Positions 11,399 to 24,254 of a stretch of 64,000 nucleotides of DNA are shown here, one piece after another. Position 1 is the first letter of the stretch; each line of letters begins with the position of its first letter. This DNA is from Mobula hypostoma (lineage: Eukaryota): the NCBI RefSeq assembly GCF_963921235.1, contig NC_086097.1, positions 22,570,001-22,634,000 of the forward strand, in the 5' to 3' direction. The notes below the pieces were generated by a model. That model worked only from the letters and a program-made list of their open reading frames with translations, made no database searches and was not told the origin of the DNA. Both the position numbers and the translations under genes were made by a program.

Positions 11399-13429
11399 AT
11401 GTTATTACAGTGCCAATGACCTGGGTTCACTTCCTACTGCTGTCTGCAAAGAGTTTATGCATTCTTCCAGTGACTGCATGAGTACCCACCAGATGTCCTG
11501 GTTTCCTCCCACGTTCCAAAGACACGTGGGTTAGTCAGTTACATCCATGTCATTGAACAGTGTGGGCATGTTGTTCGGAAGGGCCTGTTACCGAGTATAT
11601 CTCTAAATTAAAATAATTAAATAAATGCTAGCACTGTAAGTGAGTGGTGATGATGGGGTGAGGAGGGTGATTTTTTTTGGTGAGTTGAAGTAAAGGAGAT
11701 TGACAAAATAGTTTTAGTTTCTGCATTAGGTGGTAAAGTGAACAAAGAATAGCTGGTGGCAGCGGGGTTGCTGTTTGCATGGAGGAGGGCGATAATTGAT
11801 CAAATGGATATGTTGGAAGATGCCAAGAGACAGTATGTGAGAGCTTTTCAGGCTTAACTGGGAGGTAGACAAGACTGGAATAATGCAAGAAATATAAAAA
11901 TAAGACTGGGAGTTGTAGAAGGGAAGAGTTCTTGAAAGAGGAAGGGTGAAAGGGTGTGCAGTTTTGTGAGGGTTATAGATTGGGTAAAAAGGTGTTAATT
12001 ATAAACAGAAAAAAGGTGGGACTGGAGGTCCAGTGTGGTTGGATGCTGTGAAGAGTCAAATTATTAGGATGCCTCTGTATGCCAGTTTTTGGGATACATA
12101 TATGTTGAGGTAAACAGATTCAAAGGGTTGTGCATCCTACACCACTTGAAGGCTTTGGTTCAGATTTGCTTATTAATCAGATGTACATTATACAGTGAAA
12201 TGCATCATTTGTGTTAACAACCAACAGGACCTAAGGATTTGTTGGGGGCAGTCCACAAAAACAACGACACACTCCAACACCAACATTGCATGCCCACAAT
12301 ATTCAGCAGAACAACTTAGAACACACCAATACAGAACAGAACAAGCAACAAATCAACAGCGCTAGAACAAGGCCCTTTCACCTCTCCCGCCCACTCACAC
12401 TCATGGGTAGTCTTCCAAATCCAGGACAGGTGCCTGGACCGTCAGTCTATGGCCTTCGGCCATTGAGCTTCAACATCCAATCTTCTGATTGCCTTTGGAC
12501 CTTGATCTTGGTCATCAAACACTGGAGTAGCCAATGGCAGAAACTCAAACTCCAGGCCTTAAACTCTGGGCTTACCCGTGGCTTTCTTCTCACATGGTCT
12601 TCTGATCCCAGGACACACTGACCTGGGGCAGTCCGACATCCACAGATGTCCTTTGTCATACCTCCACATGGCTGGCCTTTTGATCAGCATGGATGTGAAG
12701 TTCTTGAAGGTTTCAAGGCTGAAGCCACAGGAGTTTTCTTTGGTAAGTGAGATTTGGGTCGGATCATCTGTGGTCTCTGAATGTTAGAATAGGAATGAGG
12801 AGCTGAATGGCCTAGCCTTGTCGGTGAATGGCTCTGTGGTCTTTTAGCTACAGGAAAATAACCGCAGTTGTTCTGACTTATAGAACAAAACATATTCTTA
12901 CAGTTGTATGATTTACAATTCAACATCACTGAGTATTATTGCAATCACATATTAAAGTTGTGGCATATTTTAATTGGAATTTACACTGAAATATGCTATT
13001 ACTACATTTTTTCAAGCAGTAATTTTTCTTAAAAATAGCCATTTTGGTAAGAAATAAGCTGAATGACACTCTACAGTGCTAATGGTGAGTTTTAGTGTGA
13101 ACACATTAGGACAGATTTTCAATTAACAACCTGGCCATAAAAGTAATGTTTCAAATTGCCTTCCCATTATGGAAACTATCATAATTTTATCTAAAATGAA
13201 ACTGAGGTTGGCGTAATGGTAGGTCGAGCTGAATTACCAGTTTTACTCTCAGCCATCTACTAGGTGAATACCTGAAGTTTTCCATTGTGTTGATGTGAAA
13301 ATGGAAGATATAATTGAATTAGAATCAGGTTTATTATCACTGACGTGCCTACCCCAAAGAGGTTTAAACCTTCTCTCCAATGAGAGTTCAGTGAGACCCT
13401 CTCTCACCACTCCCCCTCTGTGATCTCTG

Positions 13430-13782
13430 ATGTTCTCCAAATCTTTGACCACGTACTCACTCAGAATCTTCCCCATTTTGGTCTCTTACCTCTTCTCACC
13501 TGCCTATCACCCATCTCCTGATTCCCCTCCTCCTTCCTTTTCTCCTATGGTCCACTTTCCTCTCCTATCAGATTTCTTCTTCTCCAACCCTTTATCTTTC
13601 CAACCCACCTAGCTTCACCTATCACTAGCTAGCCTCTCCCCCCTCCCTTTTTATTCCGGCATCTTCTCCCTTCCTTTCCAGTGCTGAAGAAGGGTCTTGG
13701 CCCAAAACGTCAACTGTTTATTCATTTCCTTAGATGCTGCCTGACCTGCTGAATTCCTCCAGCGTATTGTGTGTATTGCTTT
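13430..13782 (+). mobile_element. Penelope-like 3' region with degenerate hammerhead
   Basis: Pyrimidine-rich tract, then cagtgctgaagaagggtcttggcccaaaacgtcaactg and gatgctgcctgacctgctga. Confidence 0.85.
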
Positions 13783-13784
13783 GC

Positions 13785-14460
13785 AAAAGTTGGTGTTTTA
13801 CAGCATCAGTACAGTGACTGCATAAGAAAACTATAAATTGCAATAAGAACTACAGTTAAAAAATTAAATTATAACGGGGAACGTCGACTCAGACCATGAG
13901 AGGCCTGCGTCGGGCACTTTCATGCCTTACAAGGCGCAAATTGGAAGTCTGTGTGGGGTGCCACTCCTCGCACAGACACTAGAGCAATGTGTGATTAAGT
14001 GCCTTGCTCAAGGGCACAAACACGCTGCCACAGCTGAGGCTCGAGAACTAGCGACCTTGAGATAACTAGACGAACGCCTTAACCACTTGGCCACGTGCAA
14101 ATAGTTAATAAAAATGCAAAACTAGTGAGGTAAAGATCGTGGGTGCATTGTCCATGCAGAAATCTGATGGCAGAGAGGAAGGAACTGTTAGTAAACTATT
14201 GAGTGTTTGTCTTCAGGCTCCCATACCTCCTAACTGATGGTAGGAATGAGAAGAGGGCATGTTCTGGGTGGTGTAGGTCCTTAATGATGGATGCTGCCTT
14301 TGTGAGGCATCAGTTTTGAAGGAGACCTATATAGTGGGGGAGGCTAGTGCCCATGATCTGGCTGAGTTTGCAACCCTTGGAAGCTTTTTCCGATCCTGTG
14401 CAATGGCCCCTCCATATCTGACAGTGATGCAAACAGTTGGAATGCTCTCCATGATCTATC
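13785..14460 (-). mobile_element. Rex1/Babar 3' fragment (interrupted by a SINE)
   Basis: gtcttcaggctcc...ctgatggtagg...gaagagggcatg...tccttaatgatggatgctgcc, reverse complement of the family C-terminus. Confidence 0.8.
13874..14098 (-). mobile_element. tRNA-derived SINE with CORE-like central domain
   Basis: Minus strand: A box tggccaagtgg, B-box-like gttctcgagcc, then tgtgcccttgagcaaggcacttaa; CpGs retained. Confidence 0.75.
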
Positions 14461-14702
14461 TTTTTTTTATGTTACTTCATCAAGTTTGCTGATAGGGTTG
14501 ATGCTAAAAGAACATCTAATGTCAATTTAATAGCATGAATGAATGATCCAAGGATTACTGGCAAATTGCCCGAGGAAATTGATTGAATTTTTAATTTTTG
14601 TATGGTTTGCTTAGTCTGGAACAAATCAGTGGTGCATATTTTAAATGCTTTTATAGTCACTTTTTAAAACCTCCCTCTAGTTTTCAGTATGTGATAATGT
14701 AT

Positions 14703-15078
14703 ACTGGCAGCACGATGGCACAGCAGTTGGCACCTTGCTTTATAGTACCAGCTGTAAGATTGGGGTTCAATTCTGTACAGAGTATGTATGTTCTCTAAAA
14801 TCCAAAATTCAAGGTAAATTTATTATCAAAGTACATATACATCACCATGTACAACCCTGAGATTCATTTCATGACCACATGAATTTCCTCAGAGTGCTCT
14901 GGTTTCCTCCCACATTCCAACGATATATGGGTTAGGGGTGGAGAGTTGTGAGCTTGCTATGTTGGCTCCAGAAGTGTGGTGACCCTCGCAGGCTGCTCAG
15001 CGCAAGCCGGACTGATTTGATTGGACGTAAATGACGCATTTCACTGTATGTTTCATTGTGACAATTAAAGCTAATCTT
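14703..15078 (+). mobile_element. V-SINE, alternative-tail subfamily, with a short LINE-tail insertion
   Basis: Head ggcagcacgatggcacagc, V core tttcctcagagtgctctggtttcctcccacattccaa, tail gacgcatttcactgtatgttt. Confidence 0.75.
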
Positions 15079-15582
15079 TAAAAAAAACTTTAAAACTTTA
15101 ATGTGTATTTTTATGTACAGAAATTTTGGCATCTAACCTTCAGGTAACACAGCAGAGTGCAGAAGCCTGTACATTGCTAGGAAAAAATGTACACTGTCAT
15201 TCTCCACAATAGGGCAAGCTAATTTGTCAGTTTTAATAGTTAGTATGTTGAGGAAAAATTCCTGTTGCTACAACAATGTGTGAATATTTACATATTTTTG
15301 AAGAAAATCTGCCTACAAATGATTGTTATTCATACATGAATAACAGAATAATCATATTGCTTTGTTGCAATTGCCAGAGGAAAATCCTAAACACAAGAGA
15401 TTCTGCAGATGCTAGAAATCGGAGAAACACACACAGACAAAATGCTGGAGACCTTTCAAAATCTAGTGTATTGTTGCTACTTTTGGCACTGAAATTGTAT
15501 TTTGATAAATGTGAATAATCCAAAGAAGGGAATTTCATTTCCATTCTTCTAGCAGTATCATTGGCAAAAGACATCTTGGCTG

Positions 15583-16113
15583 CAATCAGTGGCCACATTA
15601 TTAGGTACCTCCTGTATGTTTGTGGTCTTCTGCAGCTGTAAACCCTCCATTTCAAAGATCGGTGTGTTGTGTGTTCAGAGATGCTCATCAGCACACCACG
15701 GTTATTTGAGTTGCAATTCCCTCTAGTCAGTTTGAATCAGTCTGGCCATTCTCTTCTGACTTCTCTCATTACCAAGGCATTTTGGCCCACAGAACTGTCA
15801 CTCACTGGATGTGTTTTTTATTTCACGCACCATTCTCGATAAACTCCAGAGACTGTTGTGCATGAAAATTCCAGGTGATCAGCAGTTTCTGAGGAATTCA
15901 ATCCACCCCGTCTGTCACCAACAATCATTCCGTGGTCATAATCACTTAGATCACATTTCTTCCCAATTCTAATGCCTGGTCTAAACAACAACTGAACTTC
16001 TTGACCATGTGACCATGTCTGCATGCTTTTGTGTATAGAGTGGCTGCCATGTAATTGGCTCATTAGATGTTTACGTTAATGAGCAGGTGTACCTTATAAA
16101 GTGCAACTGAATG
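15583..16113 (-). mobile_element. Non-autonomous Tc1/mariner deletion derivative
   Basis: TIR ca(a)tcagtggccacattattaggtac; transposase N-terminus GKKCDLSDYDHGMIVG...TTVSGVYREWC; TA at the right end. Confidence 0.85.
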
Positions 16114-16589
16114 TACATTGAAATAGGACTTTAGATACAAAGCAGTGATGATCTGAATGGTTGTTGGAACAGATCTGGGACTGAAGAGTGTCCCTTGTTC
16201 TAATGACTTCATTGGAAATGTAATCAAATGCAGCAGGGACCAAGAACTGATGTTAAATTGTTCAAGTGAAAGTTCTTCCTACTCAAGTTAAAGAACATCC
16301 TAAGGTTTTGAGTATTATTTGTGTGAATTCACTAAAAGCACTCATGAGACCATTACATATCCAGTTTGCAAAAAAAATAGACAAATCATGCAAATAGTCA
16401 AAAAATATCTACAAAAGCACATGGAACATGAACTGCGGAGTTCCTGAAAGTGAGAGCACAACTGCGGAGTAGGTTCAGCGCCAACGCGAGTGAAGCCCGC
16501 CCCGGGGGCTTGACAATTGAACTTGAAATTGGATTTGAACTTCAATCAAGCTTCATAATCTATCTCCCTTTACATCTGGATCCTTGAAT

Positions 16590-17550
16590 TCTTATTAGGA
16601 GACGACAGTCAGTGCAGATCAGTAATTACATCTCCTCCTCGCTGACGATTAACACAGGCACACCAAGGATATGTGCTTACCCCACTGCTCTTCACTCTCT
16701 GCACTCATAACTGTGTGGCCAAGCACAGCTCGAACGCCATCTATAAGTTCACCAGTGACACATTTGTTGGTAGAATCTCAGATGGCAATTAAAGGTTTAA
16801 AGGAGATAGATTGGCTGGTTGAGTGGTACTATAACAAAAAAAACTCTCACTCAATGTCAGCAAGACCGAGGAACTGATTGTGGACTACAGGATGGGCAAG
16901 TTGGGGGAACACACACCAGTCCTTATTGAGGGGTCAGCAGTGGAAAGGGTGAGCACCTACAGATTCCTGGGCATCAACATCTCAGAGTTTCAGTCCTACA
17001 CCATGAAGATGGTATGCCAATAGCTCAGCTTCGCTTTGAGCTTGAGGAGATCTGGTATGTTGCCAAAGACTCGTAGAAACTTCAATAGAAGTACCACAGA
17101 GAACATATTAATGAGTTTCATCACCACCTGATATGGAGGCTCCAATGCACAGGGTTGCAAGAGGCCACAGGGGGGTTGTAGACTTGGCCATCTCCGTTGG
17201 GGCACAGCCCTCAGCATGGTTAAAGACATCTTTAAGATGCTGTGCCTCAAGAAGGTGGCATCCATCATTAAGGACTCTCACCACGTAGGATATGCTGTCT
17301 TCTCATTATTCCCTTCAGGGAAGAGGAACAGGAATCTGAAGATGCATAATCAGCAAATCAGAAACAGCTCTTTCCCTTCCATATCAGAAGGGAAAAAGTG
17401 CATGAACTCATGAACAAACCCTAGTTATTCTTTTATTTGCCATATTTATTTATTTTTCTAATGACTGTAGATTTTCATGACTTTGCATTACTGGTGCGAC
17501 CAAACAACAAATTTAACGTCATTTCTCAGTGCTAATAAATCTGATTCTGC
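16590..17550 (+). mobile_element. Rex1/Babar RT 3' portion, decayed
   Basis: acaggcacacc...atgtgctta, KTEELIVDYR-type segment, CLKKVASIIKDSHH...PSGKR; tail aataaatctgattctg. Confidence 0.82.
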
Positions 17551-17627
17551 ACATAAAACTGATACACGGGAAGTAGGAGAAGGAATAGGCCATGTAAACT
17601 CTAATGCTCTGTGCTATTCAATAAGAT

Positions 17628-17857
17628 GTGGAATTCTCTGCCACAGGAAACAGTTGAGGCCAGTTCATTGGCTATATTTAAGAGGGAGCTAGATATGGCC
17701 CTTGTGGCTAAAGGGATCAGGGGGTATCGGGGGAAGGCTGGTACAGGGTTCTGAGTTGGATGATCAGCCATGATCATACTGAATGGTGGTGCAGGCACAA
17801 AGGGCCGAAGGGCCGAATGGCCTACTCCTGCACCTATTTTCTATGTTTCTATGTTTC
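17628..17857 (+). mobile_element. Young CR1 3' end nested in an older minus-strand CR1 (about 17560-18150)
   Basis: (TTCTATGT)n tail, TSD taagat at 17622-17627 and 17858-17863. Confidence 0.88.
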
Positions 17858-18689
17858 TAAGATCTGACTGATCTAACATTGGCCTTGATCTCATTTTCTT
17901 GTTCGGTCTCTATGACATTTGATTCTCTTGTAGTATAAAAACCGATCTATCTCAATCTTGAATATACTTAATGACTTGGTTTCCACAGCTGACATGATAA
18001 TTGCAAAGATTTCCAAACTGTGAAAGAAGAAATTCATTATTATCTCTGTCTTAACTAATGGAACCAAATCTTGAGATTATGCTTCGATGTTCCAAACTTC
18101 CCATCAGGAGAACCCTCTCAGGCATTGGCCATCTCAAATGCTTTCAGAATCTGATGATTCCATTGTTTGTCAGTTGTAAAGTCCTTGGGTTATAAAAACT
18201 GCTATACTTAAAAAAAACATAAACACAAAGTCAGACAGTCCACCTTGTGGACATCATCACAAATTCCTTAAAGGAAAATGCTGGGAAAGAGTGCATTTGT
18301 TTGTAAATATCCTGTAGTGTTACTGGCACAAAACACACTCCACTCTATAATTTGGAATTGTCACATTACAAACTGTCTGCTTGCCTTAGATACTGATAAT
18401 GAACTTGTGAAAGAAAATCTGGCTCTATTTGCATCAGGCAGCACATTAATTTGTGATTTCAGAGATCAATTGTCTAATTGTCTATTATTAAGTTGTATTA
18501 TTCATGAAATGTAGAGAAAAATTGAAATTAGTTGATATGGCAACCTGGTGATTTTCAAATAGGACTGTGGAAATGGGCCTAGTCAGAAATAAAGGCAGTA
18601 GATAAACGGATGGCTATTGAATCACTCAGTGCTAACTTACAGGGTTAACAGAGATAGTAATTTTTTCCTATTATCAGCAGTTTCTCAAG

Positions 18690-19270
18690 GCATAGCAATA
18701 TGGTAGTTAAGGTGTTGGATTTGTATCCGGAAGCCTTAATTATCCATCCAGAGAAAGGAGTTTGAATCACAACACTGCAGCTGGGAATGTAAATTCCACT
18801 AATTAAATAAATGCAGAGTGAAGAGCTCGTATGAGTAATGGCGACTGTTAAAATATTAGATTATTAAGCAGATTTGTCTGGTTCACCCTCCTTCAGGGAG
18901 GATGTTTCTAATAGTGGGGGAGTCTAGGACCAGAGGGCAAAGCCTCAGAATAGAAGGATGTCCCTTTGGAAAAGATCTGAGGAGGAATTTCTTTTGCCAG
19001 AGGATGGTGAATCTGTAGAATTCAGTGCCACAGATGGATGTAGAGTACCAGTCATTGGGTTGACAAAGCAGGCTCGATGGGCCAAATGGCCTAATTCTGC
19101 ACCTATGTCGAATGATCTTAAAGAAAACCTTTTGTTTGTACCTGTTCTGGTCTGTATGGGAGTTTTGACTCACCATTGTGATTGATTTCTATCTGTCCAC
19201 TGGAATGACCCAACAAGCCACTCAGTTCAGGAGGAGTTTGGAGAAAGGCAGTAACACCAAACTGCCATGA
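18690..19270 (+). mobile_element. Old tRNA-derived SINE split by a CR1 fragment (about 18897-19120)
   Basis: gagtttgaatcacaac...tctggttcac...ttcaggga, later caagccactcagttca; reverse-complement relative near 39520-39705 and 40190-40370. Confidence 0.55.
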
Positions 19271-19559
19271 GTTAATGCCTTATGTACTCAATCAGCAAAC
19301 CTGAGTGAGCTATGTCTGCTCATGCTTCGGGTCTATACATATATGCACCTAAGATTTTTGCACAGTACTGCGTATTTATTGTGTTTTTTTTTTGTCATTG
19401 TGTTCTTTATCTTCTTGTGCTTTTTTTGTGTTGCAATGGATCCGGACTAAAAATTCTTTCGTTCTCCTTTACACTTGTGTACTAGAAAAGGCATTAAACA
19501 ATCTTGAATCTTGAAAGAAAATAAATCTCAAGATAGTAAATGGTAAAATGTATGTATTT

Positions 19560-20720
19560 TGTTAATAAACTTGTAGTTGACTTTGATCAGCGTTTTGGAA
19601 TGGTGTCCACTTGTCTGCATACTTACAGCATCACTAGCTTTCAGAAAGCTCAGTACTGACCAGGACCAAGCAGTCACCAGATTTAGCAGCTATCAACCAC
19701 CCTGAGCATTCAGTCTGTCCTCCTGTGGTATACAGTGGATGTAGTATGTGCTTTCTACAAAATTCACTGTAGTTACTCACCCAAGTTATTCCCCTGAGGT
19801 TGGGTGAGACTGGAACCAGAGGTCAGAAGTTAAGGGTGAAAGATGAAAAACTCAAGGGCAGCCTGAGGGGAGATTTCTTCACTCACAGGGTGATGAGAGT
19901 GTGAAATGAGCTACCAACAGAAGTAAGACACAAAATGCTGGAGGAACTCAACAAGTCAGGCAGCATCAATGGAAAGAAAGAACCAGCTTCAGCCCAATAT
20001 CCTTCATCAGAATTGAGAAGTTAGCAGAGGTGTGGGATTGCTTGCAACACTTAAGAGAAGTTTGTATAGTTAAATAGATGAGAGGGGTATGGAGGGCAAT
20101 GGTCCTGGTGTGGGTAGATAAAAAAACTGGTTGGCATAGACTAGATGGGCCAAATGGACTGTTTCTGTGCTGTAGTACGCTATGACTTGTATCATCAAGG
20201 ATAAAGTCTCGATGAGTATTGGAACAGTATCACCTGCAGGTGTTCCCGAAGTCTCATATTGTTCAATCTTGGAAGTACATCACTATTCCTTCATCATTGC
20301 TAGGCTTAAATCCTGAGACTCTGCTCAACAGTACACAATGAACAGTGCACTGATGATGTCTCCCTGTATGGTGACGAAGTGTTTGCCAAGGAATGCCAAG
20401 ACTGGAGAACAACTCAACCCAACTCTCAACCACCCTGAGCTACACATTTTCCGAGTTATTTCCAACAGAAGAATTCCTTCAACAGAAATCTCACGGTAGT
20501 ATAAGGTGGCCAGTTTGCTGGGTTCTGTGGGAGTACAGGGTTAATGTGATGGGTGGCTAGAATGGATTTTTCCTGTATTTGGAGAACCTCCAGGAATGTA
20601 AGGGAACAAATTTTCCCAGTTCTGCATTGGTTAGAAGGTGATTCAAATTCACTTTTTTTAAGGACTGTTCAGGGCGGGCACCAAATGCTGGTTTTGCCAG
20701 AGTCAGTCAGATTCTGAAAA
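19560..20720 (+). mobile_element. Old CR1-type 3' region with nested younger CR1 (about 19790-20190) and Penelope pieces
   Basis: cactgtagttactcacccaag ... tcacctgcagg ... ttccttcatcattgctaggcttaaatcctg ... aaatgctgg. Confidence 0.55.
20345..20465 (+). mobile_element. Second Penelope-like family terminal fragment with degenerate hammerhead
   Basis: tgca-CTGATGA-tgtc...gac-GAAG-tgtt-tgc followed by caaccaccctgagctaca. Confidence 0.6.
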
Positions 20721-22073
20721 TGAATAGAGTGTAAAAATACAGTAAATAGAACTTTTTTCAAATCAAATGCTTCGTGTGCATTATGAAATGAGCATCTGAA
20801 ATGATTTTGCATTTTGAACAAAAATAATAGATTTGAATCATCAGCTATATTTGTGTTTTAATCTTTTGTATCTGATTCAACTCTTCTACAAATGTTAAAT
20901 TTTTCTCTTGAGTGCAAGTGCGATGTTTATTAAATGATAAATAACTTTAGTACACAGACAGGCCTTTATTTAAACAAATTGAGGTGATACTTACACATAA
21001 AAGAAACTAGAATTCTGCAGAGTTAATTTATGACTATTCATTACAATAGAAAAACCATCAGAAGAATAACAAGTTTTTTTTAGTGGACCACATCTTTCAA
21101 TCAAAGAACTTTGATCTTTTCATCTGCAGAGGTTTGATGTTTATAGTAATTTGATACCGTATGTTCTAACCAAAAGATGGATGGGTTAAAATATTATAGA
21201 GGCATAGCCGACAAGCCATGTAGCAAAAGTGTGATGAAAATTTCATTGGACCATTGACAAACATTTTTTAATTTTGGATTAGCTGATTTTGTAATTTTCC
21301 AAAACTTTGTATTAATTTGGTTTTGAGGAATGCATGTGTAAAATGCTGTAACATTTTGGGTGATTGTATACCATTGCAGTGATGCATGTCTGCATAAAAC
21401 TAAATAGAAGCCTAATAAGTAAATGGCAGATTGCTTTAGGAAAAGTTATTTCATACATAATAAAAACTGGCGTGTGCTGAATGTGGTAACAAAAGTCATT
21501 TCGTATAATCTCTCTTGATCTGTGTTTTACACTTGACTAGATACATTTTAGAGGTGCTCACGTAGACAGATCTAGGACCAGAAGTTCTTCTCCACACGAA
21601 CATAGTTGTTCAGATGTTGCTAAGTGGTTTACCTGCACCACTCTGCAGCGATGAAAGTGAACCATGCATTGAATTCTGTAGATTCATGGGTTTCAGCTAC
21701 CTGAAGGTAACCATAGCAATGTCACACATTCAGTGGGTACCCAATATAAACTGACACACAAATTAATTATGCCACTGTTTATTCTGGACTGGTGAGGTTG
21801 TGGGGCAGGACAAATTGATGTTATAGGGCTGACAATGTTTTGGAAGTGGGTACATAAGAGATAGGAGCAGAATTGAGCCAGTCAGCCCATCGACTTGGAT
21901 TCGCCATTCAATCATGGCTGATTTATCTTCCATCTCAACCTCATTCTCCTGCCTTCTGTAATCTTTAATGCCCTGATTAACCAAGAACCTATCAACCTCC
22001 ACCTTAAATATACCCAATAATTATTAGTGTGTCACAGGGGTCAATGCTGGGATCACTTCTTTTCACGTTGTAT

Positions 22074-22206
22074 GTGATGAAGGGTCTCGGCCCGAAATGT
22101 CAACTGTTTATTCATTTACATAGATGCTGCCTGGCCTGCTGAGATCCTCCAGCATTTTGTGTGTGTTGCTTTGGATTTACAGCATCTGCAGATTTTCTCA
22201 TGTTTG
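22074..22206 (+). mobile_element. Penelope-derived short element
   Basis: tgatgaagggtctcggcccgaaatgtcaactg...agcatctgcagattttctcatgtttg. Confidence 0.88.
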
Positions 22207-22244
22207 TGGTTCTGTCTAAGCTAGTACTTTTCCTGTAATGTTAT

Positions 22245-22472
22245 TGTGGTAAACCATATATATGTTGTAACTGGGTTAACTGTCTGGACACACCCCTCTG
22301 CTGACTGCCCCTGTGGCTCCTCCCACAGACCCCTGAATAAAGGTGATTTCTCCTTGCCCCTCCCCCTCAGTCTGGGGGCAGACACTCAGCATGGAAGTCG
22401 TATTGTACAGCGAATAAAAGCCTTTCAGTATCTACACTATTTCAGTCTTTTGGGATTATTAAAGGTGCTTCA
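22245..22472 (+). mobile_element. Short solo LTR (228 bp)
   Basis: TG...CA ends, perfect 5-bp TSD gttat (22240-22244 and 22473-22477), internal AATAAA. Confidence 0.88.
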
Positions 22473-24254
22473 GTTATGTTCAGCTGTCTCATGTGTTCCA
22501 CCTTGTCAAAGGCCATTTGAAAATCGAAATAAACAACATCCATTGATTCTCCTTTGTCCTACCTATTATTTACCCAGAATTCCAACAGGTTTGTCAAGTA
22601 CAATCTCCCATTTAAAAACCAGGCTGACTTTGGCCCATTTTATCATAGCCTCCAAGTACCCTGTAACTTCATCGTTAATAATAGTTTCCAACATCTTTCT
22701 AGCTACTGACATCAGGCTAACTGGCCTATAATTTCCTTTCTTCTACCTCCCTCCCTTCTTAAAGAGTGGAATAGCATTTGCTATTTTCCAGTCCTCAGGA
22801 ACCATTCCAGAATCCAGAGATTCTTGGAAGGCAATTACTAATGCCTCGACAATCTCCTCAGCTACCTCTTTTAGCACCCTGGGGTGTAGTCTACCTGGTT
22901 CAGATGACTTATCTACCTTCACACTTTTCAGTTTCCCAAGCACCTTCTCCTTAGTAATAGCAATGACACTCAACTTCTGCCCCTGACCTCCTCGCATAGT
23001 TAGCATTCTGCTGGTATTCCCCCACAGTGAAGACAGACACAAAATACATATTAAGTTCCTCCACCATTTCTTTGTACCCCATTACTACCTCAAATATACC
23101 CAATGACTTGGCCTCCACAGATGCCTGTGGCAATGAATTCCACAAATTCATTACCCTCTGGATAAAGAAATTCCCACCTATCTCTGTTCGAAAGGGATAT
23201 CCTTGATTCTGATTCTGTACCCTCTAGTCCTGGACTCTCCCACAATAGGAGACAACCTCTCTGCATCCTCTCTATCCAGGCCTTTCAATGTTCAATAGAT
23301 TCCAATGAGTCCCCCCGCCCCACCCCTATTCTTCTAAGCTCCAGTGAGCACAGGCCTAGAACCAGCAAACAAATGGTTGTTATTTATCAGAGTTTAGAAG
23401 AACAAGTAATTTTCCTGATGAAGCAAGATGCTGAGGGGAATTGACAGGCTGTCAATGATCAGAATACTCAGAGGCTGGTTTCTCAGATGTGAGAACCTTA
23501 AAACTGATGGGGAGTGTGCTAGCCACAGAAAAAAAGTCAACCTTTTAGAACTATGATGAGTTCAAACTCCATGGAAGTTTTCACTCTAGTTCATAACAGC
23601 CAAGGATTCTGAAGGGGGCCTGATGAAGGGTCTCAGCCAATGTTGACTCTTTATACCTCTCCGTCGATGCTGCCAGACCTGCTGAGTTTCTCTGGTATTT
23701 TTGTATGTGTTACGCAGCCAAGGATGATAGATGTGTGGATTGTGGGGAATTAAAGGATAAGCAAATTGTCAGGGAAGTGGATTTAAGGTACAGCATCAAT
23801 CGCAAACTTATTAAGTTGCCGAAGGAGGCTGGAAAGCCTCTGTGAATCTGCCGCCTTTTATTTGCTTCTGTTCTTTGTTTTCTTAAATTCTGAAATGCAC
23901 ATGAAATTTTCTGCCATCTGAACTTGATGCCATCATTTGTTGCTTGGTTGTCCCTTGGGTTTGAGAATAACTTACTTCCACTCAAAAGATGAGGGTACTG
24001 AAGTTGCTGACTGTGCAGGACTGCAGAATTTGCCACTGATGGGCCACAGTATACTTGCTGAGGTAGTAGGTGGTAGTTCAGGAGGATAATGCTAGGCTTC
24101 TAAGTATTTTTAACAAATGTAATCAAGGTTTTGATGCTCTGTAAGGTCCTTTTGCATTCTGAACAGTCATGGCTTAGGGATCTCGCTGAGTTAATGTTTG
24201 TGTTATACTGTTTCACTGAGGCTTGAGAACCTTCTTGAGTTATCTCTTTTTGTG

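Larger units (their letters stand above)
21853..23370 (-). mobile_element. Rearranged CR1 ORF2 and 3' fragments
   Basis: ORF 22743-23042 (LHPRVLKEVAEEIVEALVIAFQESLDSGMVPEDWKIANAIPLFKKGGR); 3' UTR at 21853-22017; MNLWNSLPQA segment at about 23090-23370. Confidence 0.85.

Noticed and set aside
14030..14098. tRNA gene
   Set aside because: tRNA-like head runs directly into a SINE body; no complete cloverleaf
21576..21706. Possible exon (GPEVLLHTNIVVQMLL...)
   Set aside because: No polypyrimidine tract at the acceptor and peptide not recognised
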